DNA of 64,000 bases from Acidobacteriota bacterium (GCA_052389315.1 JBQTIE010000295.1:5255-69254); one strand, 5' to 3'. Shown: positions 17,630 through 29,774, counted from the first letter of the stretch. Made by a program: numbers and translations. The notes: generated by a model from the letters alone, not told the origin.

Positions 17630-19807
17630 ATGGGATCGGCAGCGCTAGGCGACGCCATACGCAACATTCGTGACTGGTCGATGACCGAAGGACGCCAGAC
17701 CAAGCGGCCGGCGCGCGTGAGCGACGTGTTTGGGTCGCTGGTGTTCAACGATCAGGTGCAGCAGGCGCGGCTGCCGAAGCCCGCGTATCGCGCTCTGCGC
17801 AACACCATCACGCGAGGCGAACCCCTGGACCTGTCGACCGCCGATGCGGTCGCCAGCGCCTTGAAAGACTGGGCCATCGAGCAGGGAGCGTCGCACTACA
17901 CGCACTGGTTTCAGCCGATGACGGGCATCACCGCCGAGAAGCACGATTCGTTTTTCTCGCCAAGCCCGGACGACCGCTCGGTGGCGGAGTTCAGCGGCAA
18001 GGAGCTCGTGCGCGGCGAACCGGACGCCTCGAGCTTCCCCTCGGGCGGCATGCGGAGCACCTTCGAGGCCCGCGGCTACACGGCCTGGGATCCGACCAGC
18101 CCCCCCTGGCTGCTGCAGAACGGCAACAGCGTCACGCTGGTGATTCCGACGGCGTTCGTGAGTTGGACCGGCGACGCGCTGGACAAGAAAACGCCGCTGC
18201 TGCGTTCGATGGAGGCGCTGTCGAAGCAGGCCGTGCGTGTGCTGCGGCTCTTCGGCTCGCAGGCCACGCGCGCGACGGCCACGTGCGGACCTGAACAGGA
18301 GTATTTCCTGATCGATCGGAACTTCTACTTTGCCCGACCCGATTTGATCAACGGAGGCAGGACCCTGTTCGGCGCCCGTCCGCCGAAGGGTCAGGAGCTC
18401 GAGGATCAGTATTTCGGATCGATTCCCGAGCGGGTGCTCGCCTGCATGGCGGAGGCCGAAGCCGAGCTTTACAAGGTCGGCGTCCCGGTCAAGACCCGAC
18501 ACAACGAGGTGGCTCCGAGCCAGTACGAGATTGCGCCCATCTTCGAGAGCGCCAACCTCGCGACGGATCACCAGATGATGACGATGGAGATCCTGCAGAA
18601 GGTGGCGCCGAAGTACGGCCTGGCATGCCTGCTGCACGAGAAACCATTTGCGGGAGTCAACGGGTCCGGCAAGCACCTGAACTGGAGCATCAGCGACGAC
18701 CTGGGCAACAACCTGCTCAACCCGGGAGACACGCCGCACGACAACATGCAGTTCCTGTTCTTCTGCACGGCTGTCGTGCGGGCAGTCGACGTGTGGCAGG
18801 GCCTGCTGCGCATGTCCATTGCGCGCGCCGGCAACGACCATCGGCTGGGCGCCAACGAAGCTCCGCCGGCGATCCTCTCGGTGTTCCTCGGGGACATGCT
18901 CACCGACATCTTCACGCAGGTCGAGGCGGGCGGGAAACGGTCAACGAAGGCCGGAGGCTTCCTCGACATCGGCGTCAACGTGCTGCCCCGCCTGCCGCGG
19001 GATGCCGGCGATCGCAATCGCACCTCGCCGTTCGCGTTCACCGGCAACAAGTTCGAGTTCCGCGCGGTGTCGTCCAACCAGAACATCGCGTTTCCTGCGA
19101 CGTGTCTCAACGCGGCGGTCGCCGACTCGCTCGACGTCATGGCCGGACAACTCGAAGCGGCGATGGCCAAGGAGCAAAGCCTGGAGGATGCCGTCGCCGC
19201 CCTGCTCAAGCAGACGATCAAACAGCACAAGCGGATCATCTTCAACGGCAACGGCTATTCCGAGGACTGGCACAAGGAGGCCGCCAAGCGCGGGCTGCTG
19301 AACCTCAGGAACACGGTGGACGCGCTGCCGGAGCTGGTCAAGCCGGCGGTGGTGATGGCCTTCGAGAAGTTCAAGATCCTCTCCGAACGCGAGCTGCACG
19401 CGCGGCACGAGGTGAATCTCGAGACCTACAGCAAGACCATCAACGTCGAGGCGCAGCTCATGGTGCTGATGGCCAACCGTTACATTCTGCCGGCCGCGCT
19501 CGAGTCCCAGCGCCGGGTCGCCGAGAGCGTCTCGGCCGTCAAGAGTGCCGGGGGCACGAGCAAGGAAGGCAAGAAACTGCTGACGCAGCTCGTCAAGACG
19601 GTCGATCGGTTCCGGGCGCAGACCGACAAGCTCGCCTCGGCGGTGGAGCATCCCAGCCACTCGACCGAGAAACACGCGAAGTACATGCGCGACACGATCG
19701 TGCCGCACATGGCGAGCCTGCGCGAAATCGGCGACGAGCTGGAGCTCATGGTGCCCCACGAACTCTGGCCGCTGCCGACCTATCGCGAGATGCTGTTCAT
19801 CAAGTGA
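17630..19807 (+). CDS. glnN: glutamine synthetase type III
   Basis: Characteristic GSIII N-terminus ([39 protein letters not shown]) and core ([25 protein letters not shown]). ATG 17630 is preceded by GGAGG and gives 725 aa. Confidence 0.9.
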   Translation: MGSAALGDAIRNIRDWSMTEGRQTKRPARVSDVFGSLVFNDQVQQARLPKPAYRALRNTITRGEPLDLSTADAVASALKDWAIEQGASHYTHWFQPMTGITAEKHDSFFSPSPDDRSVAEFSGKELVRGEPDASSFPSGGMRSTFEARGYTAWDPTSPPWLLQNGNSVTLVIPTAFVSWTGDALDKKTPLLRSMEALSKQAVRVLRLFGSQATRATATCGPEQEYFLIDRNFYFARPDLINGGRTLFGARPPKGQELEDQYFGSIPERVLACMAEAEAELYKVGVPVKTRHNEVAPSQYEIAPIFESANLATDHQMMTMEILQKVAPKYGLACLLHEKPFAGVNGSGKHLNWSISDDLGNNLLNPGDTPHDNMQFLFFCTAVVRAVDVWQGLLRMSIARAGNDHRLGANEAPPAILSVFLGDMLTDIFTQVEAGGKRSTKAGGFLDIGVNVLPRLPRDAGDRNRTSPFAFTGNKFEFRAVSSNQNIAFPATCLNAAVADSLDVMAGQLEAAMAKEQSLEDAVAALLKQTIKQHKRIIFNGNGYSEDWHKEAAKRGLLNLRNTVDALPELVKPAVVMAFEKFKILSERELHARHEVNLETYSKTINVEAQLMVLMANRYILPAALESQRRVAESVSAVKSAGGTSKEGKKLLTQLVKTVDRFRAQTDKLASAVEHPSHSTEKHAKYMRDTIVPHMASLREIGDELELMVPHELWPLPTYREMLFIK

Positions 19808-19896
19808 CGAGAAACCATCGACGCCGGCCCGCGGGACTCACGGGCCGGTGTCGATATGTCATGGTGGCCTGCCGGAGTTCGTGGCAGGATCGAGGG

Positions 19897-20334
19897 ATGC
19901 GTCTGCCCGCGTTACTCGTCGTTGCCGCGCTCAGCCTGACCACGTGCAAGAGCAACAATGCCACGCCGACCAGCCCCACGCCGCCCGGAGCGCCATTCAG
20001 CATGGCGGAGCTGCGGGTCGGCACGGGGACCCAGGCGACCTCGGGCCGTCGTCTCACGGTGAACTACACCGGCTGGCTCTATGAGCCCTCGGCCCCTGAG
20101 AACAAGGGGCGCCAGTTCGACACGAGCGTCGGGCGCACACCGTTCAGCTTCGTGCTGGGCACCGGTGCCGTCATTCGCGGCTGGGATCAAGGGTTGGCGG
20201 GGATGCGCGTCGGGGGGCTTCGGCGCCTCGTGATTCCACCGGAGCTCGGCTACGGCGCAGCCGGGGCCGGCAACGGCGCCATCCCCCCCAACGCGACCCT
20301 GGTGTTCGACGTCGACCTGCTCGACGTGCAGTGA
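19897..20334 (+). CDS. FKBP-type peptidyl-prolyl cis-trans isomerase lipoprotein
   Basis: This is the tail of ORF 18625..20334. It has a signal peptide plus lipobox (LSLTTC) and the FKBP core VNYTGWL..GRQFDTS..PFSFVLGTGAVIRGWDQGLAGMRVGGLRRLVIPPELGYG..IPPNATLVFDVDLL. Confidence 0.85.
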   Translation: MRLPALLVVAALSLTTCKSNNATPTSPTPPGAPFSMAELRVGTGTQATSGRRLTVNYTGWLYEPSAPENKGRQFDTSVGRTPFSFVLGTGAVIRGWDQGLAGMRVGGLRRLVIPPELGYGAAGAGNGAIPPNATLVFDVDLLDVQ

Positions 20335-20364
20335 GGCCGACAGGGGATCTCGGCGGCGAGGGCC

Positions 20365-20916
20365 TCAGGCACTGAAGTCGGACTCGCGCACCACCTCGGC
20401 GCGAAACCGTTGCACGGTCGCGCCCCTTCTCCACGCATCGGCCGACAGGCCTGCCTTGAGGCACGCCTGCGAGAGGAACATCTCGCGTGTCCAGCCATGT
20501 TCCACCGCAACCTGGGGCAGCAGCAGGCCATGGCGGCGCCCTTCTTCCACGATGAGGCCGTCACGCCCCAGCACGATCGTGGTCAGGTCGTCGACTCGCT
20601 CGGGCGAGGTCAGGATCGACAGGTCGATGACCACGGCGTCCAGCTCCTCTGGACGGACGGGCGCGAAGCGCGGGTCCTCGTCGGCCACGGCGGCCGCGAG
20701 GTGGACCACTGCGTGCGTCAGCGACTCGCGGGCCTCGAGGCTTCCCAAGCACCCGCGCAGGTCACCGGCGCAGTGAATGGTCACGAACACCCCGGCCGCC
20801 CTGAGGTTGAGGTCTGCCGGAAGCTCTGGCGGCGGGGTCCCGTGCACGCGCGCCGACAACGCGGCGCGTGCCAGCGACAGCAGCCGTCGGCGATCGTCAA
20901 CCTCGCTTAGTGCCAT
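20365..20916 (-). CDS. AMMECR1 domain protein (AmmeMemoRadiSam system protein A type)
   Basis: GVFVTIHCAGDLRGCLGSL, DPRFAPV, IDLSILTSPE and LLLPQVAVEHGW are hallmarks of AMMECR1. Start set to ATG 20916, a 10-nt overlap with the Memo gene. Confidence 0.8.
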   Translation of the reverse strand: MALSEVDDRRRLLSLARAALSARVHGTPPPELPADLNLRAAGVFVTIHCAGDLRGCLGSLEARESLTHAVVHLAAAVADEDPRFAPVRPEELDAVVIDLSILTSPERVDDLTTIVLGRDGLIVEEGRRHGLLLPQVAVEHGWTREMFLSQACLKAGLSADAWRRGATVQRFRAEVVRESDFSA

Positions 20917-21740
20917 ATCGCCGCGGCCATGTATCCGACCACCGAGCGCTTGTCGCCCGACACGTCGCCCGAGTCCGCATATCGGAGGACTCGACTCGTG
21001 GAGGCGCCTCGCGCGCGTGTCGCGCTCAGCACCGAGACCATCGGCCCACCGCCGCAGGCGTGTTCGGGCCGCCGCTCCAGGCACGACATGAGACCTTCAG
21101 CGTCCAGGGCGTTGACGTGCTCGATGACGCGAGCGTCGAGCCGCGCGGCGCTCGCCGCATCGAAGAAATGCGAGAGGTCCGAGCTGGCGATGAGGAGCGC
21201 GCGTTTCTGCGCCTGCAGCCGCTCGAGGCCTGCGCCGAGCTGTTGCGCCGTCTCGCGGGTCTGATGACCCATGACCAGCGGCACGATGGGAAGCTTGGGC
21301 ACCATGGTCGCCAGAAACGGCAGCTGCATCTCCAGCGAGTGCTCAGGCGTGTGGGCCGCCGGGTGCTCGTGCACGATCGGGCAGGCGGCTGTGAGCTGGG
21401 AACAAGCCTCCTCATCCACACGCAGGGGTCCCAGCGGCGTGTCGAAGCGCCCGCGGGGCCACACGGACACGCCTTCGAAGGCGACATGATGCGACGGACC
21501 AACCAGGACGATCACGTCGAAGGTTCGCGCTTGAAGCCACCGATAGGCATACGCCGCCACGGGACCGGAGTACACAAGGCCAGCATGCGGCGCGATGATC
21601 CCCAGGAGGTGGGCCTCGGGAGGGACGTCGTTCGAGGAACCTGCGTCGCCCGCGCGGGCGAGGTGAGTCTCCACCGCGCCTCGCAGCGCGACGGGATCGT
21701 CCGGGTACCAGGTGCCAGCGACCGCAGGACGACGGACCAT
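20907..21740 (-). CDS. Memo-like protein (AmmeMemoRadiSam system protein B type)
   Basis: RRPAVAGTWYP.., GIIAPHAGLVYSGPVAAYAY, VLVGPSH and HSLEMQLPFL are typical of the MEMO1/AmmeMemoSam_B family. Confidence 0.85.
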   Translation of the reverse strand: MVRRPAVAGTWYPDDPVALRGAVETHLARAGDAGSSNDVPPEAHLLGIIAPHAGLVYSGPVAAYAYRWLQARTFDVIVLVGPSHHVAFEGVSVWPRGRFDTPLGPLRVDEEACSQLTAACPIVHEHPAAHTPEHSLEMQLPFLATMVPKLPIVPLVMGHQTRETAQQLGAGLERLQAQKRALLIASSDLSHFFDAASAARLDARVIEHVNALDAEGLMSCLERRPEHACGGGPMVSVLSATRARGASTSRVLRYADSGDVSGDKRSVVGYMAAAIWH

Positions 21741-21860
21741 GAGGCTTGACCGGGCTGCGCGGGTTCGGCGGACTGAGGCGCAGCTTCGGGTAGTGTACTC
21801 CTACCGGGACCATGAGCGCGCGGCCGCTGTCCAGCGGTTTCCCGTACACTTACGGACACG

Positions 21861-22742
21861 ATGGACGCGACGCTGACCGGGTACAGCCGGGCCATGTACG
21901 CCAACTGGCTGTGGCATCGCCCACTCCAGCTGCTGATCGATGCGGGCGAAGGCCTGACGCTCGCGCTGGGCAGCCAGGTCTTCAGCCCGGCCGTCGTCGC
22001 CCTCACGCACGGTCACTCCGACCACGTGCTAGGCCTGCCGGGGTTGGCGGGGGCCCGCCGTTTCGGCAAGGGCGCGCGTGGCAAAGCCTGGACCGTGCTG
22101 TACCCGGAAGGGTCGCCCGGCGTCGCCGCCACGCGCGAACTCATGGCAAGACTCTGGCAGGAGGTGGCATTTCCGGTGACCTGGCGCCCCATCGCTGCGG
22201 GCGACACCTATGAGATGGACAAGCACCATACGCTCGAAGCGTTCGCCGTCACGCACGTGGCCTCGGAGATTACCGTCGGATATCGCGTGCTCGAACATCG
22301 GCGACGGCTACGCCCCGAGCACGCGGCCACGCCCGCGGCTGACATCGAGCACCTCGCCCGCGAGCACGGCCGCGACGCGCTGATGGAAGCCTACCAGCAC
22401 ATCGTCTTCGCGCATTCTGGCGACGCCATGCCGATTGACGCCGACCTTGTGCGCCACGCCGATCTGCTCGTGCATGACGCGACGTTTCTCAGCAGCGACG
22501 ACAGGCGCGAGCCGATTCATGCGACATCCGAAGAGGCGCTCGAGGTCGCGCACGCCGCCAGCGTGCGCACATTGGTGCTGCACCACCTGTCGGTGCGCTA
22601 CGCCCGCGACGCGGCCTACCGGGCGCTGCGCGAGCAGGTCGCTGCGAGCCCGTTCACCGGGGCCTGCTGGCTCCTGGACGAGGACGTGTTCGTCAACCTG
22701 CGCGAGGCGGCGCCCACCGCCAACCTCGCGCATCCTGTGTAA
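21861..22742 (+). CDS. MBL-fold metallo-hydrolase (ribonuclease Z-like)
   Basis: Metal motif THGHSDHVLGLPGL, followed by downstream His/Asp motifs (FAHSGD, LVHDATF, LHHLSVRY). Confidence 0.75.
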   Translation: MDATLTGYSRAMYANWLWHRPLQLLIDAGEGLTLALGSQVFSPAVVALTHGHSDHVLGLPGLAGARRFGKGARGKAWTVLYPEGSPGVAATRELMARLWQEVAFPVTWRPIAAGDTYEMDKHHTLEAFAVTHVASEITVGYRVLEHRRRLRPEHAATPAADIEHLAREHGRDALMEAYQHIVFAHSGDAMPIDADLVRHADLLVHDATFLSSDDRREPIHATSEEALEVAHAASVRTLVLHHLSVRYARDAAYRALREQVAASPFTGACWLLDEDVFVNLREAAPTANLAHPV

Positions 22743-22856
22743 TCTAAGGGAGCGTATCGACGTGGCTTCAGGGTCAACACGGAGGCGCAACGCCCGTTCA
22801 CCGGCTGTTGCGGCTCGAGGGCTGCTTGATCATCGCCCGTCCACCGCACGCGAACG

Positions 22857-23153
22857 ATGACTACGACGCTTTCGGAATCAGAGGTCCGGCGGATCGCCGA
22901 GCTGGCACGACTCGACCTGACAAGCGACGAGATCGCGTTGTTCACGCCACAGCTCGCGCGCATCCTCGAGTACGTCGAACAGATCCGTGGTCTCGACACC
23001 GCAGGTGTGTCGCCGACCACACATGTCGTCAATCGCCCGATGGACCGCCCGGATGAGCCCGGCGCGACGCTCTCGCGCCGAGACGTCCTGTCCAATGCCC
23101 CGGACGCCGCACCAGAGGCGGGACTTTTCAAGGTGCCGCGGGTCCTGGGATGA
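22857..23153 (+). CDS. gatC: Asp/Glu-tRNA(Asn/Gln) amidotransferase subunit C
   Basis: 98 aa. [34 protein letters not shown] is typical GatC. The stop overlaps the gatA start. Confidence 0.9.
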   Translation: MTTTLSESEVRRIAELARLDLTSDEIALFTPQLARILEYVEQIRGLDTAGVSPTTHVVNRPMDRPDEPGATLSRRDVLSNAPDAAPEAGLFKVPRVLG

Positions 23154-24625
23154 GCGCCGCCTCCGTTCCTTCACTCGAGGGCCTCGCCCGGGCCATCGCC
23201 GACGGGTCGCTCCAGGCGCGCGAGGTCGTCGAGGCGTCGCTCGATCGCGTCGCCCGTTTCGACCGGCGGCTCCACGCCTTCCATACGCTCGCCGCCGAAC
23301 AGGCAATGGCCCGCGCCGTCGAACTGGACGAGGCGCGCGCGGCGGGCCGTCCCATCGGCGTGTTGCACGGAGTCCCGATCGCACTCAAGGACAATATCTG
23401 CACGCGGGGCATCGCGACGACGGCCGCGTCGCGGATTCTGGAGGGATTTGTCCCGCCGTACAGTGCGACCGTCGTCGAACGCCTCGAGGCGGCCGGCGCC
23501 ATCGTGCTCGGCAAGACCAACCTCGACGAGTTCGCCATGGGTTCGTCGACGGAGAATTCCGGGTTCGGCCCGACACGCAATCCGTGGGACCTCGAGCGCA
23601 CGCCGGGGGGGTCGAGTGGGGGCTCGGCGGTGGCTGTTGCGGCTGGCTATGCGCCGGCGGCCCTCGGGTCCGACACGGGCGGCTCGATTCGCCAGCCCGC
23701 GGCGCTCACCGGGGTCGTCGGCCTCAAGCCCACCTACGGGCGCGTATCACGCTACGGGCTGCTCGCGTTCGCCTCGTCGCTCGACCAGATCGGTCCGCTG
23801 ACGCGCACCGCGGCCGACGCCGCGATCGTACTCGCCGTGATCGCGGGCGCGGATCCCCACGATGCGACAGCCTCCACCCAACCCGTGCCTCCGTACCGAC
23901 AGGCGCTGACCGGCGATGTGCGATCGCTGCGCATCGGCGTCCCGCGCCGGGTGCTCAGCGAGGGCGTCGACCCCGATGTCCTTCAAGCGCTTGACTCGGC
24001 CCTCGCCGTGCTCCGCGCCCGCGGCGCCACCGTGTTGGAGGTGGATTTGCCGCATGCGTCCTATGGCATCCCGATTTATTACCTGATCGCGACGGCCGAG
24101 GCCTCGTCGAACCTCGCCCGCTACGACGGCGTGCGCTACGGCATGCGTGCGCCACTCGACAAGAACGGGACGCTCAAGACGATGTACGACAAGACTCGCG
24201 ACGCCGGCTTTGGTGCGGAGGCCAAGCGGCGCATCATGCTCGGCACCTACGTGCTCAGCGCGGGCTATTACGATGCGTACTACCTGAAGGCGCAACAGGT
24301 CCGGACCCTCGTCCGGCAGGACTACGAACACGCGTTCGATCGCGTGGACGTGGTCGCCTCGCCAACCACCCCGGCGCCAGCCTTTCGACTGGGAGAAAAG
24401 ACGGCTGATCCCCTCCAGATGTACCTGGCGGATGTGTTCACGGTGAGCGCCAATCTCGCCGGCCTTCCGGCCATCAGCGCCCCGTGCGACTTTTCGGCCG
24501 ACGGACTCCCGATCGGCATCCAGCTGACCGGACGCCCTTTCGACGAAGAGACGCTGCTCCGAGCCGTGCACGCGTTTCAACAGGACACAGATCTTCACGA
24601 GCGACGCCCGCCCCACGCCGCGTGA
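23150..24625 (+). CDS. gatA: Asp/Glu-tRNA(Asn/Gln) amidotransferase subunit A
   Basis: Amidase signature [14 protein letters not shown]. Also [17 protein letters not shown] and [24 protein letters not shown]. Confidence 0.95.
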   Translation: MSAASVPSLEGLARAIADGSLQAREVVEASLDRVARFDRRLHAFHTLAAEQAMARAVELDEARAAGRPIGVLHGVPIALKDNICTRGIATTAASRILEGFVPPYSATVVERLEAAGAIVLGKTNLDEFAMGSSTENSGFGPTRNPWDLERTPGGSSGGSAVAVAAGYAPAALGSDTGGSIRQPAALTGVVGLKPTYGRVSRYGLLAFASSLDQIGPLTRTAADAAIVLAVIAGADPHDATASTQPVPPYRQALTGDVRSLRIGVPRRVLSEGVDPDVLQALDSALAVLRARGATVLEVDLPHASYGIPIYYLIATAEASSNLARYDGVRYGMRAPLDKNGTLKTMYDKTRDAGFGAEAKRRIMLGTYVLSAGYYDAYYLKAQQVRTLVRQDYEHAFDRVDVVASPTTPAPAFRLGEKTADPLQMYLADVFTVSANLAGLPAISAPCDFSADGLPIGIQLTGRPFDEETLLRAVHAFQQDTDLHERRPPHAA

Positions 24626-24711
24626 ACGTCGCCGAGGCCCAACCGAACCCGCGCAGGTCAGCGCGTCACTCGAAGAGGCTCTTGAGCGTCCCGCCGGCAG
24701 TCACATCGTAC

Positions 24712-24927
24712 TCACCGGCGCGTGGCGGAACGACTCGCGCGCGGAACCACCGTGCCCGAAACATACGCGCTCATCCCGAGGTTGTAGCCACGATTGATGC
24801 CCGAGACGATCAGATCGGGCTTCTCTTTCAAGAGCGCGAGCAGTGCCAGCTTCACACAACTGGCTGGCGTCGCCGTGACCGCGAGTGCCTTGATCCCACC
24901 AGCGAGCGTGCCCCAGGCGTGTCTCAT
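24712..24927 (-). pseudogene. surE: internal fragment of a surE (5'/3'-nucleotidase) gene
   Basis: The 71-aa ORF reads ..[47 protein letters not shown].., matching the conserved middle of SurE (GTPADCV..KPDLVVSGIN.G.N.G....YSGTV). The N-terminal NDDG region and the whole C-terminal half are absent. After YVSGTV, the expected AAREG-like continuation (GSARES) sits in a different frame. Confidence 0.55.
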
Positions 24928-24996
24928 GCGCGGAACTGTAGCGCGCAGACGACGCCGTGCAGGGGCGGAGGAACGGGCGCGCCAGAGGCGGCTGGC

Positions 24997-25377
24997 TCAG
25001 GCCGTGGCGGGCGACTTGCGGACCAGGGCCCAGATCAGCAGGCCGAGGAGCACGAACGGAATCGCCGGAACGAGCGCGGCGACGATGGCGGCGATGAGCC
25101 CGAACACGAGAAAGCCGCCGACCAGCAGCAGAAGGAAAGGAATAGCGATCGCGCCAAGGGTCATCCCTACCGCGCCGACAGCCAGGCCCACAGGAAGCCA
25201 CATCAGCTTGAACAGAATCTTGAAGGGCAACAGCACGGCCCAGAGGACGAACTTGACGAGCAAGAGCACGAAGCCCACGATGGCCGCGACCGCCAGCCCC
25301 ACGACCGCCAGCAAGGCGAGAAGCAATAGCTCGAACACGGAGCGTCCCCCCCTAGGTGAAGAATACGTAGGAGGCAA
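24997..25377 (-). CDS. hypothetical small integral membrane protein
   Basis: 126 aa, almost entirely hydrophobic, with 3-4 predicted TM helices (LLLLALLAVVGLAVAAIVGFVLLLV.., AIPFLLLLVGGFLVFGLIAAIVAAL..). No family recognised. Confidence 0.5.
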   Translation of the reverse strand: MPPTYSSPRGGRSVFELLLLALLAVVGLAVAAIVGFVLLLVKFVLWAVLLPFKILFKLMWLPVGLAVGAVGMTLGAIAIPFLLLLVGGFLVFGLIAAIVAALVPAIPFVLLGLLIWALVRKSPATA

Positions 25378-25425
25378 GTCTGCGGTTCACTTGGCGTCGG
25401 CCCGAGAACGGCCGCCGCCATCCGG

Positions 25426-25707
25426 CTACCGCGTGTCGAATACTGCCTTGAAGTCGGGCAAGTCCCAATACACGAGGCCCTCCCTCACTTCGGTCATCGC
25501 GGTCCGCTCCGCTTTGGCCGGGCGCGCGCCATGGGCTTCCAGGACCCCCTCGGCCACGCGTGGTTTGGCGCCCTTCCGGAGCTGCTTGGCCCGCATGGCC
25601 GCCACGTCGACGAACAGAAAGCGACTTTCAATGGGCGGCGCGGGCTCGAGCTGCTCTTGGGGCTCCTCGCCAACGGCCTCTTCGACTGGAATCACGTGGT
25701 CGGACAT
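25426..25707 (-). CDS. rpoZ: probable DNA-directed RNA polymerase subunit omega
   Basis: 93 aa. ESRFLFVDVAAMRAKQLRKGAKPRV...KAERTAMTEVREGLV resembles the RpoZ core (NRY.LV..AA.RARQL..GA.P......K....AL.EI..G). Assignment is by pattern only. Confidence 0.55.
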   Translation of the reverse strand: MSDHVIPVEEAVGEEPQEQLEPAPPIESRFLFVDVAAMRAKQLRKGAKPRVAEGVLEAHGARPAKAERTAMTEVREGLVYWDLPDFKAVFDTR

Positions 25708-25824
25708 AGCCTTTCAGTTTACCGTAGGTCTTGGGAGCGGGCAACCCCCTGATCGGCCCAACACGCTCGGAGGACCCGCGACGGCCTCCACCGGCTCAAA
25801 GCGGCCCCTGGCTGTGACCCCACT

Positions 25825-26169
25825 CTACTCCCGCCAGATGAACGCCCCGATGAACCACGACAGGGCGCTCGTCAGGAACGCGCCCAGGACGGCCGCCACC
25901 CACGAGGTGATGGAAAAGCCAGGGACAAGGGCCGCCGCCAGGCCAAAGGCCATGCCGTTCACAACGAGATAGAAAAGACCCAGGGTCAGGACCGTCAGCG
26001 GCAGGGTGAGCACGACAAGAATCGGGCGGACGATGGCGTTGACCGCGCCGAGGACAATGGCGGCGACGGCGAGCGCCAAGCCACTCGAGACGGTGACCCC
26101 CGGCACGACGGCGGCGGTCACCCAGATGGCAACGGCGAGGATCAGCGTGTGGAGGAGGAAATCACCCAT
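25825..26169 (-). CDS. membrane protein of the phage-holin-4_2 / DUF360 (YvlD-like) family
   Basis: MGDFLLHTLILAVAIWVTAAVVPGV.., GAVNAIVRPILVVLTLPLTVLTLGLF.LVVNG are typical of this widespread chromosomal family. Start trimmed to ATG 26169. Confidence 0.65.
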   Translation of the reverse strand: MGDFLLHTLILAVAIWVTAAVVPGVTVSSGLALAVAAIVLGAVNAIVRPILVVLTLPLTVLTLGLFYLVVNGMAFGLAAALVPGFSITSWVAAVLGAFLTSALSWFIGAFIWRE

Positions 26170-26258
26170 ACCGCTGATCCTACGCCTGTCTGGTGTCATG
26201 GGCGAGGCCCAGCCGTTGCGCCCAGGGGCGTAACGGCCGGGGGTGCCTGGGGCGCTGC

Positions 26259-26708
26259 TTACGCCGCCACTTCGACGTTGATGGTGCGCGGCTTGGCCTC
26301 CTCGCGCAACGGCAGCCGCAGCGTGAGCACGCCGTTCTTGTACTCCGCCTTGATCTTGCCGGCATCAACGGTCGCCGGCAGCGAGAACGTACGAGCGAAG
26401 CTGCCGTAGGCGCGCTCGATGCGATGGAACCCTTCCTTCCGCAGCTCGTCGTTCATCTGGCGCTCCCCGCGGATGGTCAGCGAATGGTTCTCGACGGTGA
26501 CGTCGATGTCCTCGCGTCGCATGTCGGGCAGCTCGGCCTTGAGGACGAGGTTGCCATCGGCTTCGAAGATGTCCACCGCCGGCGTCCAATTCCCGGTGAG
26601 CAAATCGTCTTCGCGCCCACGGTATGGGAACGCCTCGCTGAAGAGGCGGTTCATGCGGTCCTGAAGGGCCACGACATCACGGAACGGATCGAATCGAATC
26701 ATTGTCAT
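26259..26708 (-). CDS. Hsp20/alpha-crystallin small heat-shock protein
   Basis: 149 aa. [43 protein letters not shown]...[28 protein letters not shown] is canonical. It lies immediately downstream of dnaK. Confidence 0.9.
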   Translation of the reverse strand: MTMIRFDPFRDVVALQDRMNRLFSEAFPYRGREDDLLTGNWTPAVDIFEADGNLVLKAELPDMRREDIDVTVENHSLTIRGERQMNDELRKEGFHRIERAYGSFARTFSLPATVDAGKIKAEYKNGVLTLRLPLREEAKPRTINVEVAA

Positions 26709-26744
26709 TGCTTTCCTCCATGGTTGAAAAAACTGACTTCTCGA

Positions 26745-28636
<1,892 letters not shown>

Positions 28637-28696
28637 TTGCGTTTCGTCGCCTCCCTGACATGCCTGTGCACGCTCATACGGCCAGGCAATGACCCG

Positions 28697-28724
28697 ATGA
28701 TAACAGACTATTAGCTGATGTCAA
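28697..28724 (-). promoter_or_regulatory. sigma70-type promoter upstream of dnaK
   Basis: The minus strand reads TTGACA-N16-TATCAT (28724..28719 and 28702..28697), inside a conspicuously AT-rich island at 28690..28760. It lies about 55-60 nt upstream of the dnaK ATG. Confidence 0.6.
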
Positions 28725-28803
28725 GCATATTATATTAGTGTTATTAACTCATGTATGGATGACAGCGCCGTCTGGCCTGTTTCCCTCAGCTTTTGGCCTG
28801 ATT

Positions 28804-29718
28804 TTATGGCAGTACGGCCAGGAGTCTGGCGATGTCCGCGGCGAAGCGCTCCGTCGCCGCCGGCAGATCCAGCGGGCTGATGGGACCGATGTCGGTGAGA
28901 AACTGCGTCGCCAAATCACTTGGAATCGCCTCGAACACCGGATTGGCCACTTCCACCCCGGGAGACGGCGCGTCCCAGACCTCATCCAGACCGCCAAGCG
29001 GTCCGGGCCGAGCGCCCAACGCGCCCGGGCCCCGCTCCTGCTCCACCAGGGCCGTCGCAACGGCCTTGTTTCGGCTGGTCACGACGTAGACCGGGGCGCC
29101 ACGGACATAGGCCACCGAGGCCAGACCGAGCGTGCCCACCTTGTTGATCCAGAAGCTCGGGGCGAGGGCATCGGCTCCTACGACGACGGCGGCGCTTGGC
29201 GACAGATGAGCGGCCAGCGCCGCATCAGTGCACAGGTGGACGCGGATCCCGGAGTCGGCCAGTGTCGAGGCCATTCGACGGCCTTCGAGGCGCGGACGTC
29301 CCTCGCCGCAGATCACCTCCAGGACGCGTCGCCGTCCCACCTCGGTGAGCGCACTGGCCACGCTGGCGCTGAAGGAGAGCGTCACGACCCTGGCCACGGG
29401 CCCGTGCAGCGTGTCAGCCAGCGCCGCGGCTGCGGCGCGGGTGAGGGAGGCCGGCGCGCGCTCGAGTTCCAGACGCACCTGTGCGAAGCGCCCAGGAATC
29501 GCCCAGTCGCTCACCGCCGACGCGCACGCGTTCCACAACGGCGCCATCGCGGGCTGCCCTGCGCAGACGATCCGGGCGACGGCTGTGGTGGTTTGCCGGC
29601 CGAGCGTGAGCGCTTGGGCCAGTTCTGGCAGCAGGCGCGCGAGGAGCTCCGAGGCGCCGGCATCCCGGTCGGCGGCAAGGCTCTCGACGCGCCCGAGGAA
29701 CGCCCCGTGGCTCATCAC
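28804..29718 (-). CDS. eIF-2B alpha/beta/delta-like family protein (sugar-phosphate isomerase-like fold)
   Basis: The C-terminal two thirds resemble the IF-2B family (VVTLSFSASV..L......V..GEGRP..EGRRMA..L...GI.V.L..DAA......S.AAVVVGADA....F.NKVGT..LA......GAPVYVV). Assignment is by pattern only. Confidence 0.55.
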   Translation of the reverse strand: MMSHGAFLGRVESLAADRDAGASELLARLLPELAQALTLGRQTTTAVARIVCAGQPAMAPLWNACASAVSDWAIPGRFAQVRLELERAPASLTRAAAAALADTLHGPVARVVTLSFSASVASALTEVGRRRVLEVICGEGRPRLEGRRMASTLADSGIRVHLCTDAALAAHLSPSAAVVVGADALAPSFWINKVGTLGLASVAYVRGAPVYVVTSRNKAVATALVEQERGPGALGARPGPLGGLDEVWDAPSPGVEVANPVFEAIPSDLATQFLTDIGPISPLDLPAATERFAADIARLLAVLP

Positions 29719-29774
29719 CGCACCTGGCGGACGACGCGGCTGCGGTCTTCGACACTCTGGCGCATAATCAGCTC

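Noticed and set aside
25825-26169. A phage holin family gene as a sign of a prophage.
   Set aside because: The DUF360/holin_4_2 family is widespread as a solitary chromosomal membrane protein. No capsid, tail, integrase, lysin or att-like repeats are nearby.
28705-28760. A possible CIRCE or HAIR heat-shock operator in the AT-rich dnaK upstream region.
   Set aside because: There is no acceptable match to TTAGCACTC-N9-GAGTGCTAA or CTTGAGT-N7-ACTCAAG. Only short TTAG and CTAATA fragments are present.
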